Part shown: piece by piece, positions 23,521 through 35,090 of the stretch
Numbering within the stretch: position 1 is the first letter of the stretch
How the letters are laid out: every line of letters starts with the position of its first letter
Assembly (NCBI GenBank): GCA_001244265.2
Contig: CDLV01000013.1
Location: 744,001 to 808,000 of the forward strand
Direction of reading: 5' to 3'
From: Microbotryum violaceum
Taxonomy: Eukaryota
Length of the DNA stretch: 64,000 bases
The notes under the pieces: model-generated
What the model saw: only the letters and a program-made list of their open reading frames with translations
Databases searched by the model: none
Told to the model about the DNA's origin: nothing
Position numbers and translations under genes: made by a program

Positions 23521-26500
23521 CTAGACGGACTCGATCTTGACGGGTTCGACGTTCCAGATCTCATCGGCGTATTGCAACACGGCGCGATCGGACGAGAACT
23601 TGCCCATCCTTGACGTGGCGAGGACTGGAAGACGAGTGTGTCAACCCAAAGATCAGTCAGCAATTCATACCAAAGCTCAAGTTCTTAATTGAAGACATCC
23701 GACTCACTCGTCTTTTTGACCCAAGCCGGTCGATCGACGTACGACTCGTCGACCATCCTTTGCGCCTCAAGGTACGAAGTGAAGTCGTCCGAAACGAGAT
23801 AAAAGTCTTTGCCTTCGAACAAGGTCGAAATAAGTGGTTCAAAGACTCCCGCATCGCCGAACATTCCGGATCGGATAGCGTTGATAACTTCGAGCAATTC
23901 CGCGGGGTATTGGTTCTCGCCGAAATGGTGGGCGCGACGCAGGCCTTTGACTTCGGGGGTCAAGTGACCGAAGAAGAAGACGTTCTCCTCGCCGACTTCT
24001 TCGCAAATCTCAATGTTGGCTCCGTCGGCCGTACCGAGTAACAAACCACCGTTGAGGACGAACTTCATGTTGGACGTTCCCGAGGCTTCCGTACCGGCGG
24101 TGGAGATGTGTTCACTAATGTCGTTGGCGGGGATGATGACTTCGGCGAGCGAAACCGAGTAATCGGGCAAGAAGGCGACCGTCAAGATGTCGCTCACTTC
24201 CTTGTCGGCGCAGATCTTCTTGGACACGGCGTTGATGAGACGGATGACCAACTTGGCGATGTAGTAACCCGGTGCGGCCTTTCCGGCAAAGACGCTGAGA
24301 CGGGGAACGACGTGCTTGCGCTCCTCGGGGGACAATTCCTTGAGTTGGAGGTAGCGGTAGATCGTACCGAGGATGTTCATGAATTGGCGTTTGTACTCGT
24401 GCAAACGCTTGCACATGACGTCGAAGAGCGCATTACGGTTCACGGTGATGCCGAGTGTCGACTCGATGTATTCCGCCAAACGTTCCTTGTTGGCCTGCTT
24501 GACTGCAGCCCACTCCTTTTGGAACGCGACGTCGTCGGCGAACTTTTCCAACCCGCGCAACTTGTTGAGGTCGAGCAAGTAGTCGTCCGAACCGAGCTTC
24601 TTGGTGATCAACGAGGCCAAGCCGGGGTTGGCTTGCAACAACCACCGTCGAGCGGTGATACCGTTGGTGACGTTGGTGAACTTGTCGCGGCCAAAGAACT
24701 CGACAAAGTCACCGAACATCTCCTTGACCAACTCGGAGTGCAACTCGGCGACACCGTTGACCTTGTGCGAGCCGATGATGGCAATGTGGGCCATGCGCAC
24801 CTGCTTGTGAACGCCTGCGAAGTATACCAACTCAGATCAGTTCTTGAACAAAGCAGGACATGCCGATGCACGGGGAAAAAGCTCGCCTTCGCCAATGATG
24901 GACATAGACCTGAGCTTCCCGTAATCCCCAGGCCACTTCTTCTCCACCTTTTGAAGGAAGAACAAGTTGACGTCGTAGATGATTTGCATATGACGCGGCA
25001 GCAACGAAGCGATCAAAGGCTCGGGCCACGTCTCCAATGCCTCGGGTAAAACGGTATGGTTCGTGTACCCAAAGGTCTTGCAAACGATGTCCCATGCTGC
25101 GTCCCAAGGTTGGGCCTCTTCGTCGATGAGGATGCGTTGCAATTCGATGATAGCGATCGTGGGATGCGTGTCATTGAGTTGGATCGCGTTGCTGTTGATG
25201 AGGCCAGACGGGCGGATTCAATAAAATAAGACCTGATTCCACTGAGCTCCTCGATATCAACTCACTAATGAGGGAACTCGGACCATTGTTGCCCGAGCTT
25301 CTTGAAGCGACGCACAATATCGGCGAGCGAAGCGGCGCACCAAAAGTACTGTTGCTTCAAGCGCAACAACTTGCCCGCATCAAAGTTGTCGTTGGGGTAC
25401 AAGACACGGGTGATGTTCTCGGCTTCACCTGCCTCACGCACGGCGGCTTCGTAATCACCAGCGTTGAAAGCAGCGAGATCGAACGACTTTTTGGGCTTGG
25501 ACGACCACAAACGAATGTTGTTGGTGTTGTTCGTCTTGAAGCCGGGGATGGGCAAGTCGTAAGGAATGGCCAAGACATCAAGACCTCCGTTCCAGGTACC
25601 CGACCCGTTATCGCGACGGACGGCGTCACCGTAAAACTTGACCTCGACACCGTTGTCGAGGCGGGCGATCTCCCAAGGGTTGGCGTGGTCGAGCCATGGG
25701 TCGGGCACCTCGAGTTGCGAGCCGTTCGAGTCGCACAACTGGCGGAAGATACCGTACGAGTAGCGCAGGCCGTATCCCCAACTCGGGATGTTGGTCGTCG
25801 AGAGCGAGTCGAGGTAGCACGCCGCCAAGCGACCGAGACCACCGTTACCGAGACCGGCATCGCGCTCGTTGTCAAGCTGGTGATCGGGGTTGGGAAAGAG
25901 TAGTCAGCTTCTGTAGGCGGTGTGTGCGGGAATCCACCATTGACTCACAAGATCCTCTATCTGGAACCCAAGCGACTTGACCGCTTCGCTGTACTCCTCC
26001 TTGACGCCCTGTAAGTCAATGAGAATCCAATCCGGAAGTATCGATCAGCTTGAGAGCGTCTGTCGTCACTTTCCTGTCGAGATAGTTGCGCTTACCAAGT
26101 TGAGCAAAGCGTTATCCAAACTTCTTCCCATCAAAAATTCGAGCGAAAAGTAGTAAACGCGCTTAGGCTTCTTCTGCGTGTGTTCCAACTGCGTCGCGTT
26201 CCATTTCGCGATCAGGCGATCACGAACGGATAGGGCAGTGGCTTGGTACAAAGCGAGGTCGTCGACGTTGAAGGGGGCACGGGCGAGAGTGGTGGTGACG
26301 TGCTTGACGATGGCCGAAGTGACGACTCCTTTGTCGCGTTTGGTCGTTTCGTCCTTGCTGTGGATTGAACGAAGAGAGGAAGGAGGCGCGAGAATGGGGC
26401 CGGGAGGTTTAGGGGTCGGAGAACGAGTAGGAATCAGCTCACGGTTCCGATCGAGGTGGTTCGAAGAAGTGCCTTCTTTTGGACTGACCCCTTCTTGAGA

Positions 26501-27128
26501 GCGGCCTTCCAAGCACTGGCATCACCTGGGAAGATTTCGGTCAAAGGTTGACCACCGGCGGGGAGGAAACCTATCGCAGCCGAAACGGTGAGTATCAGGG
26601 GTTCGAATTAGTACTCTCGCCCTTGGATCCGAACACGTCCCTATATTTAGTGGGAGAACTTACCCGTAGCCGAACGCTGTTTAGTTCCAGGCACCGAAGG
26701 GATTGTGTGAACCGAAGGATCAGCACCATCGCGTAAAGCTTGAGGGCAGAAAACCATTCGAGGGTTTCTCGTCTCGAGGCGACGCGTCGGGACTGACCTT
26801 GTGAGCCCTCGGGCGAGCGGGGGCCGAGCCAGCGTTGGCATTCACGGCGTGCTGTTGTTCATCCAAGAAGACTAGTCTAATTAGTACATGAGTCGTGTTG
26901 GGAACATTGGAACCCGAACAGCGCCGGCAGCCCCATCGAATACCCCACGAAAATGGAACACGCGGACCGCCGCTAATCGATCAGATCTACGTGGGATTTC
27001 TCGGCGCGTGCGCGTGGGAGGAAAAATGCGGGGGCAGGGAAGAGGGACTAGTCCGGGCCATGCGACGGGCGTGGGCGGAAGTTGGGGTGAGGGACGAGAT
27101 AACTTACGGTAGCGTGTGGAGCTGCCAT
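23521..27128 (-). CDS. GPH1: Glycogen phosphorylase
   Basis: [82 protein letters not shown] (PLP lysine) and RMGKFSSDR. The N-terminus is spliced as [33 protein letters not shown]. Confidence 0.97.
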
Positions 27129-27915
27129 CGTGGGATCCTGTTTAGGGTGTCGAGTGTAGGACGGGTGGTTAGTTCCGGGCTGTGAGTTGCCCTTTCCCCT
27201 TGAATGGACGCCGAGGCTACAACTGCCCGGGCGCGACCGGGACCGATAGTTGATCTCTGGACCATCCCGGGCGGAACGACCGAGCACGCTGAACGGACAA
27301 AACACCGTGAGGTACACCAAGATGATCACATAACTGACCTTTGCTGTCTAGGACTGAGTCTTTCAAGGAAACGGGAAAGAATCTCGGGTGAGGGGGGGCA
27401 AAGGAAGAGAAAGCGGCGGGCGGAGGTCCGACGCGCCTCAAGCTCAACGTGTTCCGGCCTGTTCGACTCTGTGGGCCCCACTATTCGGCGCGCTCGGTAT
27501 AACTCGATCGCGCGCAGCCCGTGGACAGATGGTATGACGGTTAGCGTTGAGAAACAGACTCGACATGTTTCTCGCGTCACTCGTGAGGTCCCCCAAGCCC
27601 CGGGTTTTTCAACTTCGGTACAGTTGTAAGAGCTTAAGTTTGCGGCCGTCTCCCGGCAGAGTTGTGCCCGGTTCCGGCCGACATCCGCGCTCGTCCGACA
27701 GCTCCACGGACTGTACACACCTTTTGAAACACAGGTCTCGATAGACTCTTTCTCTGAACATGTTCAAGTTATTACAACAACACTGCAAATTCAATCAGCC
27801 AATCCCAAAATCTAACATCCTTCTCACAATCCCTCGAAGCTCAGCTATCCTCGGACTTCATTCCCTGCCCTCTTTAACCCCCATAACTCCACTCCCGTCC
27901 TTGTCTAAGTCCCCG

Positions 27916-29416
27916 TCATCGATCCATCCACCACGCATCCTCCTCTCCGACCTTCCCCATCCTCCCGTTCCCACTCTTTGCGAATTCCGAAAGCCTGACC
28001 TTCACCCACACCTGACGTTCCTGACCCGCTGGGCCATCTGATGTCTTCTTCTCCTTCTCCTTATTCTTATCTCCGTCCTTCTTTGCGTCCCCACCTGCTT
28101 TGGTACCCACCGCTTTCCCCTCCACCGTCACGATCGGAGCATCCTCCAACAAGGCTTCGTACCTCCTCCTCATGAACCTGGGGCGTAGGACTTTGGGTGT
28201 GGACCATTTGGGGAGGGAAAGATTGGGGATCGTCGTCGTCATTGTTCGTGTTGAAGAAGCCTTTTTCGGGTTTGAAGTTTTCGCTCCGGCACCACCTTCG
28301 TCCTTTTCCTTTGCGGTTGACGATAACTGTGAACCTGTTGAACTCGTCCAAGTGCTCGACCCGTCCTCCTCCCGACTTGTAAGCGCCGAGCTCACGCCTC
28401 TCAACCTCCTCGAACGCCTCGGTCGTTCGCCTGGCGGAACGCACGTCAAACGCTCCAAACGTTGTAATCTCTCCCTCCCCACCTTTTCCAATTCCTCCCC
28501 CAAGCCCACCAATCCAACCTTCTTCAACAAGTCCTCCCTTTTCATCCGTTCCTCTTCCCCTTCCTGTTCTGATTCCTGAACAACGAGCACAGAGAGGGGT
28601 TTCTTGATCTTTCCGGTTTGACTATTCCAATACCTTTTCCTGATCGCCTTTACGCGTTGAGGGATCAGGGGACCCAACAAACGAGCTTCTTCTGAATGAG
28701 GGAAAGCTCGAGGAGGGAGCGTTGGAGGGGTATCGAGTTGTTTGAGCGTCGGGTTTCTCGAGGTGTGCGAGAGAGGGGAGGTGAGGAGGGAGCGGAGGGA
28801 GGGGGAGTTGAAAAGGTTGGTTTGCCGAGAGGAGGACAGGAACGGCTTTTTTGTAAGAGGGGAGAGGATGATCATCAGCACTTGTTTGGAGAGAACGTCG
28901 ATCCTTCCCTCCTGGTGCGGTGAACTTACTTCAAGTAAGGTATGACTCCCCTTGCCCTTCCTCTGGTACGCCTGATCCAACACCCTTTCGATCGCATGCA
29001 AATGACCATCATTCGCTGCCATCAACCTCCTCAACAACTGTGATCGTCGGACGAACGGACTCTGCCCGGATCAGTTGCCCGTGGTATGAGCTGAGCTGAG
29101 CAGGACGGAGCGACTCTCGACTAACTTTTTGGGCTTGGACTGTACGATCATAAGCTCTCGAACGGTCCAAAGGGAGAGGTTTTCGAAAGTCGGATCTGAT
29201 GAGATGTAGGTAATGATCACTGCAGCAGGCCCAGCAAGGATCGCGAACGGGCAGGGAAAGCTGGAGGATTTAGTTTCGTCTCGGGTCTGCGAAGCAAGAA
29301 GCAAAAGCACCTGCACCTACTCCTACTTACGTCACGTGCGTATCGGGCAGTTGTTTCGCCTGTTGGAGTATTGCGCGGTAGAGCCATTTGCCTGTCAAGA
29401 GGGAGGGCGTGGACAT
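27916..29416 (-). CDS. LYR-motif-containing, probably mitochondrial protein with long C-terminal extension
   Basis: N-terminal LYRAILQQAKQLPD...IRSDFR (LYR pattern), then LRRLMAANDG...RVLDQAY and C-terminal PRFMRRRYEALL. Three or more exons. Confidence 0.65.
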
Positions 29417-29780
29417 GCGCACGGCCACCGTTGTTGCAGGCGGGGGTGAAGGTACGGGAGCAAAGAGGCACGAGCGGAGGTCGTCAAGGAGGCTTCCGCT
29501 GTCCCGCGGCCCGGCCTGTTTCCTGTTTCCTGTTTCAGCTGGGACGGGAACGCGGTTCGGAGGTGGCCGGTGTAACGAGATGGGATGGGGTATACGAGAA
29601 TGATCACATAATCTCTCTTGGGACACTTTGTGGTGCCAGATTGAGCCGAGACACACGCTCTCTCTCTCTCTCTCTCCCCGCTGAGAGACACTCGACTCTC
29701 AACCCACACCAAGATGATACAATTACAGCCATTCTTCTTTTGCCCACCGATCATCCGGTCTGCTTCCCCCAAAAATTGGG

Positions 29781-30255
29781 CTATGATCCACCGACGAGGA
29801 TGTTGTTGATGGGGATGTGCACCAACTTGACGACGTAACCGATCCCGCCCATGATCACGAATCCGGTCGCGACCGCGCGGCAGATTTGGAAGTATTCTAT
29901 TCTCGAGAGAGAGAAAGAGGGTTAGTATACAAGACAGAGGGTGGAGCAGAAGCGCGAGTGCCCGAACGGGCCACGGGGTGTCGAGGTGTAGGTGGTGTAG
30001 GTGGTGCTCGCCTTTCTTGTCAGGTTTGGTACACCGCGTCATGAACTGTCACGTGCCATGCCAAAACCAACGGTCAATATATGCCTTCTCACTACACCGT
30101 ACGACGACTCGGGGGCGAGAGCAAGGAAGGCGTTGACGTGGCGGTCTGTTCCCGAGCCGACGTTGCTCCAGCGAGGGAATGTGCGCCAGACATACCTGAG
30201 CGCCATTCTTGAACTCGGTTTGCAGTGATTCGACGGCTTCCTTGGCGACGTCCAT
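29781..30255 (-). CDS. SSS1: Sec61 translocon gamma subunit
   Basis: Spliced [69 protein letters not shown]. The second intron is GC-AG. Confidence 0.96.
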
Positions 30256-30445
30256 TTCAGCTGTATGCGGGGGGGTTTGAGCGCGCACAAGTCGAAAGAG
30301 GTCGAACGAGGGCTGACCGACAGCTGAAGAAGAGCTGACCAGACGCGCCAACTCGCCGCAAATGCGCAGGGACCTTTTTTTTTCGGTCTGCCACGTGCGT
30401 TTCTTTCCCCGTGCTGTACAGATACAGCGACTGGGAACAGCGAGT

Positions 30446-32022
30446 ATGACGTCCTCGACTCTCAACGCCGCACCTCCGGAAGAGCTCCTCGTCGATCTGC
30501 ATGTGAAATACATCCAATCCCTTGACGAGGTAAAGCTCCACGCTCGCCGATGAGAGCACACCCCACTTGATAAACTCCTCACTGACCCCCCACCTCATCC
30601 CTGCACCCCTCACCACTCCCAACCCATGCCAAACTCCCTCCAAAAGAAACGAGATCACCTCTACTACCACACGACCCAACACCTCCGCATGAACGGCATC
30701 TACTGGGGCTTGACCGCGCTCAGTCTAATGCGCCGAAAGGACGCTTTACCCAGACAGGAAATGTTGGATTGGGTGATGAGCTGTTATGATCCCGTCATAG
30801 GCGAGTTGGGGAGGGATTGTCCCGTGTTTGAGAGCGGTTAAACAGCGCTGACTGTGTGAGGTGGTGGGGAACTAGGCGGCTTTGCTCCTCATCCGGATCA
30901 TGAACCCCACTTGCATCCGACACTATCGGCGATCCAGATCCTCGCCACCCACGACGCTCTTCATCTCCTAGACACGGACAAGCTCGTTCAGTGTACGTGC
31001 TCTTTACCTCCATCATTCAACCCCCACCAAGCGTTCCTCACCCCTCACCTTCCCTTCCCGTCTCTCCCCAGACGTCCTCTCCCTCCAATCCCCCTCCGGC
31101 GCTTTTGCCGGTGACCAATGGGGCGAACAAGCCTCCCGCTTCACCTACTGCGCCGTATCTTGCCTCTCCCTCCTCGACCGCTTGGACGATCTCGATACCG
31201 ATCGAACGGTGTCTTGGATCGAAGCCTGTACCAATTTCGATGGAGGGTTCGGCATGTGTCCTGGCGCGGAGAGTCATGCCGCTTACGGTATGCTCATGTC
31301 CCCCCCTTCACGCATAATATTCTCACTCGCCGTGTGGCTGATCAGCGTCGGTGTGCGGGGGTGCGGGGGTGCGGGAGTACAGTCTGGACATGTTTAGGCA
31401 CGCTCGCCATATTAGGACGCTTGGATCTAGTCGATAAGGATACGTTATGTTGGTGGTTATGCGAACGACAGTTGCCTTGTGGGGGCTTGAATGGCAGACC
31501 GGAGAAATTGGAGGATGTGAGTCGTGGCCCAATCCATCAGCGATTTTCCTCCTCTGGATGAAGCTGAGCTTTTGATGTGGTCGAGGCTAGGTATGTTATA
31601 GTTGGTGGGCTTTGGCTTCGTTGGCGATCATGGGGAGGGAACATTGGATCGATGCGCAAAAGTTGAAAAGCTTCATCCTTTCGGCTCAGGTGAGTTCCTT
31701 CCTCCAGCATCATGCTCCTCAAAGTGGCGGCGACTCACATTTCCTTCGTGTGGGGCGGGATGATTCAGGATCCCGACGAGGGTGGCATCGCCGACCGACC
31801 TGAAGACTTGGCCGATGTTTGGCATACCGTTTTCGGGATAGCTGGTCAGTTCTAACTGTCCCGGACTATCCCTCCCAATTCACTGCAGGCTTACTCTCTT
31901 TGGTTCGAGCAGGTCTTTCCCTCCTCTCCTATCCGGGTTTGGAACCCGTCGATCCGATCTATTGTATGCCTGCGGAGGCGACGAAGCGCTTGGTAGGGAT
32001 GAGAAGAGGTGACGGAAAGTGA
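30446..32022 (+). CDS. BET2: Rab geranylgeranyltransferase (GGTase II) beta subunit
   Basis: [77 protein letters not shown] and [21 protein letters not shown]. Confidence 0.95.
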
Positions 32023-32253
32023 GATGGGGTAAATACAATGTGTTCTTTTGGGTTCAATCGATTTGTTGTACTACCTTTACAATCTGCAATCGCGTTCTGA
32101 AAGAATATTTTAGGTCTTTTGTATCTAATTGAACCCGAGCAAGAGATCCTTTACTCCAAGCGGCGTTCGTATCCGCACACTGCAATCTTCTCGCGTTCCA
32201 AATCCTACTCATACAACAAAAAAGTCAACTCCAAACCTCACCACTTGACTCCT

Positions 32254-33348
32254 CTACTTGGCCCCCTTCTTCCTCCCCTGCCCCTCCTTTGACCTGGTCT
32301 CCTTCTCCGCCTTGATCTGGTTCATCATATGCAACCTGATCGCCGCGAACGCATCCTTCTTAAAGTCCTTGTTCGTCAAAACGGCGGGTAAGCGGGAAGC
32401 TTCGGATTCTCTGTGATCGATGCAAAGTAGGCTTAGTTCAAATTGTTGGAGAATGGGGTGGGGTGGAGAGGACGCGGGGTGAACGTACAATACCCTTGAC
32501 CTCTTTTTGGCGGTCAACTTTTCCTTCCCCTTGGCCCCTTTCAATCCCGGTACGACGCCCTCTTCCATACCCACATCCACATCCTCTTCAACCTCCTCAC
32601 CATGTTGCATCCCCAACGCATCCCCCATCAAGGTCGTCGTAGTCAAAGAAGTAGGTGGTAAAGCCTGTTCGACTTGCCTCAAGTCGGCAACGAGGTTGTT
32701 CTCCGGCTTGGAAGCGCGTTTCATTCTACGGGCGTGCGATTTCGAGTAAGGTTGTTGGGAGGAGGTGATTTCTATATATAGGAAATTCAAAGGGAATTGT
32801 TGAAGGATTTCGGGGGCTCAGCTGATACGAGAGGGGGTTCGAGCGGGAAATCTTCCGGGGAAGGGGGTGTTAGGATGGGACTTACTGTCGAGTAAGGCCT
32901 GTCGTTTCAAATGTTGTTTCGTCGCTTTGGTCTGCTTGGTAGGGAACGGACGACCTGGTGTGATTGTGGATGGTAAGGCTGGATCTTCGTCTTGAGCTTC
33001 GTCATCATCATTCCTTGACTCGGCGTCGAAAGAAGTCTGCTTCACATGTGATCCTCTCCATTCGGATCAGCCGTATTTCGACTCCCCCGTTGAAGTCTGA
33101 ATTACCCGAGTATCCCTAGGTCTCATCAACTGATCGCCCGCACTCAAACCCATCAGATCATCATCCAGGACCGTTGAACGAGGTGCACCCTTTCGGGAAG
33201 AAGCGGCTTTGGAATGACCGGGGAGTGATCGACGTTGTTGCGTTGGACGGGGCTGAGAAAGAGATGAATGAAGTGGGGGGGGGGGTCAGTTTTTGATTCG
33301 AGTCGAGAAGGAGGTGGGCCTTGGGGAATGGGGAGTTTGGCTCACCAT
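32254..33348 (-). CDS. SLX9: Probable ribosome biogenesis protein Slx9/FAM207A-like
   Basis: Basic protein with PYSKSHARRMKR and C-terminal KKRSRVL|ESEASRLPAVLTNKDFKKDAFAAIRLHMMN, matching the Slx9 domain pattern from memory. The first coding exon is ATG only. Confidence 0.65.
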
Positions 33349-33540
33349 TTTATATTTTTGAAAGGTGTAGGGGGAGAGGGGATGTGCACTGTGAGGGAGC
33401 CGCTTTCAAAGCCTTCGCAGGACAAGTTTTGAGCTTGGACCCCCCCCCCCCCCGCCTTATAATCGCTTCGAATGACGCCTGACTAATCCCCCCACCTGCC
33501 CGCCTGGCACCTCCCTCACCCTTACCTCGATGAACACGTT

Positions 33541-34809
33541 ATGGACCCCCTCACCCTTTCCTCGGGCATTCGTACCACCACCGCTCTACACCTCTTCAGC
33601 TCCGTCCTCTCCCACGTCGACGATTCATTCGCCACCACCTGCATTCAAGGGCTCGATGATCTACTGCAGAACAAAGGAGGGGTGAGGAGAGGGGATGTGA
33701 TTGAGATCCAGGTACGATCTCTTCTGTTTTCAAGATGGCTTCGCAGTCGTGCGTGCGCGCCAGGCGATTGATTGATCGTCTTGTTCGGTTCAAACTTGGT
33801 AACAGGGACTCGCTGGTTCGGGCAAGACGACACTCTTGCTTCATCTGACCATGATCGCCATCCTCCCACGATCGACCTACCACGCCGCATCGGGGCAGCA
33901 GGTCCCCCTGGGAGGGAAACAACATCAAGTGTGCTACATCGACTGCGCACCTTTGAACGACTTTCCGTTCGCCCGATTGGTCCATCTGCTACGAAAGCAT
34001 TTGCAGCGCTGTTTGAGCGCGGTCGAGAAGCAGCCGAATAAAGCTTTGGTCGAACAGCTGATCAAGGAGAGTTGTTCGAGGTTGGTCGTCTTTAGGCCGA
34101 AAGGGTTGGTGCAATTGGCTGCGACGATCAAGAGTGTGAAGAGCATGTTTACGAATTGTCATCGCGACTCGGACTTGCAACCCGATCGAATGCAAGGCGA
34201 CGACGACAACTCGGACGATCGACCTCGCCCAAACTTCCACCCCGTCGATCCGGCCCCTTTAGGTCACGTGATGATCGACTCCATGTCCACGTTCGGATGG
34301 TCGCACCAACTCCTTCACGAAACCAACCCCCCCGAACCGCTCCCCCCGCGACAATCCTATCCCATCTCATCACCTCCCTCGCCGAATTGCGCACCTCCCT
34401 CGCTCCAACCATCTACATCACCCAATGGGTCTTCAACCCCAGTCTCGTACCCAACTATTCCAAGGATCGATTACCTTTCTATAAATCCCACCTAGAACCG
34501 CCCTGGCCACGTCTCTCCTCGACCCCCATCCGTTCCGACCCAAACGACCGTTCCTACCCCGATCGTTTGGAACCCCTTTCCCAACCGCATCATCCCGACA
34601 GACCTTCCTTCCCTATACACCACCATCTCACTCTTCATCCTCCCCTCAAACGCAAGATCAAGCAATCCGTTCCTTTTTCTGAGATTTGGGATCGGAGGAA
34701 AGAGGGGAGAGGGGAGGGAATGGATGGATTCGTATGTGTGCTTCGATCGGGAGGTAAGGAGGTCGGTAGTTGGGAATGGAGTGTCGAGGCGGATAGGGTC
34801 GTTTGCTAG
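33541..34809 (+). CDS. Rad51 paralogue, XRCC2-like
   Basis: GLDDLL...GDVIEIQ|GLAGSGKT (Walker A), AILP...GGKQHQVCYIDC and VMIDSMSTF (Walker B). An apparent 1-bp deletion in the C-run at 34327-34333 separates the two ORF halves. Confidence 0.75.
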
Positions 34810-35090
34810 AGTGGGGTGTCCATTTTCAGAACCGCTGGGTAAAGTGGGGTTAGAGGCTTTGTTGTTGTATATCTCGAGACTGCAAGTTGGGTACTTGGAC
34901 TGCTGTGCGCAAGTTTCTTTCAACCGCTCACTCCGCTTGACAAACGGATCATGTTCGCCGCGATCAACTCTTTTTTCTTTCTATTGCCGATCAAGCTCGG
35001 AACAACATGGTGCATCCCAAGATATCAAGACCTAGACTGCACGAACAACAACGATATTATAGAAAGAAAAGTAAAACTACATTCCCCTCT

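Noticed and set aside
24108..25049. Long antisense ORFs opposite GPH1 (and similarly opposite ADE5,7, DPS1, NPL4 and the PPR gene)
   Set aside because: These are expected from GC-rich codon bias on the coding strand and show no recognisable motifs.
33060..33170. Box C/D-like motifs (ATGATGA...CTGA) on the minus strand suggesting an intronic snoRNA
   Set aside because: The C-box-like sequence lies in an open in-frame exon of the SLX9-like gene (VLDDDLMG), so coding sequence explains it.
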